A DNA stretch of 64,000 bases from IMG/VR virus record IMGVR_UViG_3300033066_000417; one strand, 5' to 3'. Source of the DNA: an uncultured virus (IMG/VR IMGVR_UViG_3300033066_000417). Lineage: Duplodnaviria; Heunggongvirae; Uroviricota; Caudoviricetes. Of this stretch, positions 63,917 to 64,000 are shown one piece after another; position 1 is the stretch's first letter; each line of letters opens with the position of its first letter. Under the pieces are notes generated by a model, which saw only the letters and a program-made list of their open reading frames with translations, was not told the DNA's origin and made no database searches. The translations under genes and the position numbers were made by a program.

Positions 63917-64000
63917 ATGAACTGGTTAGAGATAAAAAAAGATGTACTGAAAGCTATACCAGCAGATGCTCCGAAAGAGTGGGTCAAAGCAGTTCTCTAC
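63917..64000 (+). CDS. Hypothetical protein, 3'-truncated by window
   Basis: ATG after RBS; open to window end. Confidence 0.5.
   Translation, partial: MNWLEIKKDVLKAIPADAPKEWVKAVLY

Noticed and set aside
1..64000. Alternative genetic code (stop codon reassignment)
   Set aside because: Standard code gives long, tightly packed ORFs with no systematic fragmentation

Overview
The whole window is a gene-dense, AT-rich, entirely plus-strand segment of a large tailed bacteriophage with a contractile tail (myovirus morphology). From about 1 to 54.9 kb it is the virion morphogenesis region: portal (5'-truncated), endolysin, a 1431-aa prohead protease polyprotein, decoration proteins, major capsid protein, neck proteins, sheath, tube, a frameshifted tail chaperone, tape measure, baseplate with three different cell-wall hydrolases and a JAB-motif protein, and fibres. 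From about 54.9 to 64 kb it is an early/accessory region: metallophosphoesterase, a short sigma-factor-like protein, a MoxR AAA+/DUF3150-like/DUF2201-vWA set, a tRNA-like RNA and small ORFs. Two promoter classes are visible: five copies of a TTTGTATTTATTATA(TA)TAGA block before structural genes, and eight TTG-N20-TAnnYT(G/W) promoters of Bacteroidota type. With Gln(+1) signal peptides and AAGGAG ribosome sites these point to an FCB-group host (Ignavibacteria/Chlorobi-like is a guess). The most notable candidate system is a dispersed set of cargo proteins, including four ADP-ribosyltransferase-like domains, that share an amphipathic (G/S)xLKx(I/L)xxxLxx(L/I)x(G/S) leader and/or K-T/x-A junction motifs. 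This suggests capsid targeting and protease release of injected effectors. All functional calls come from motif recognition by eye; no database searches were run.
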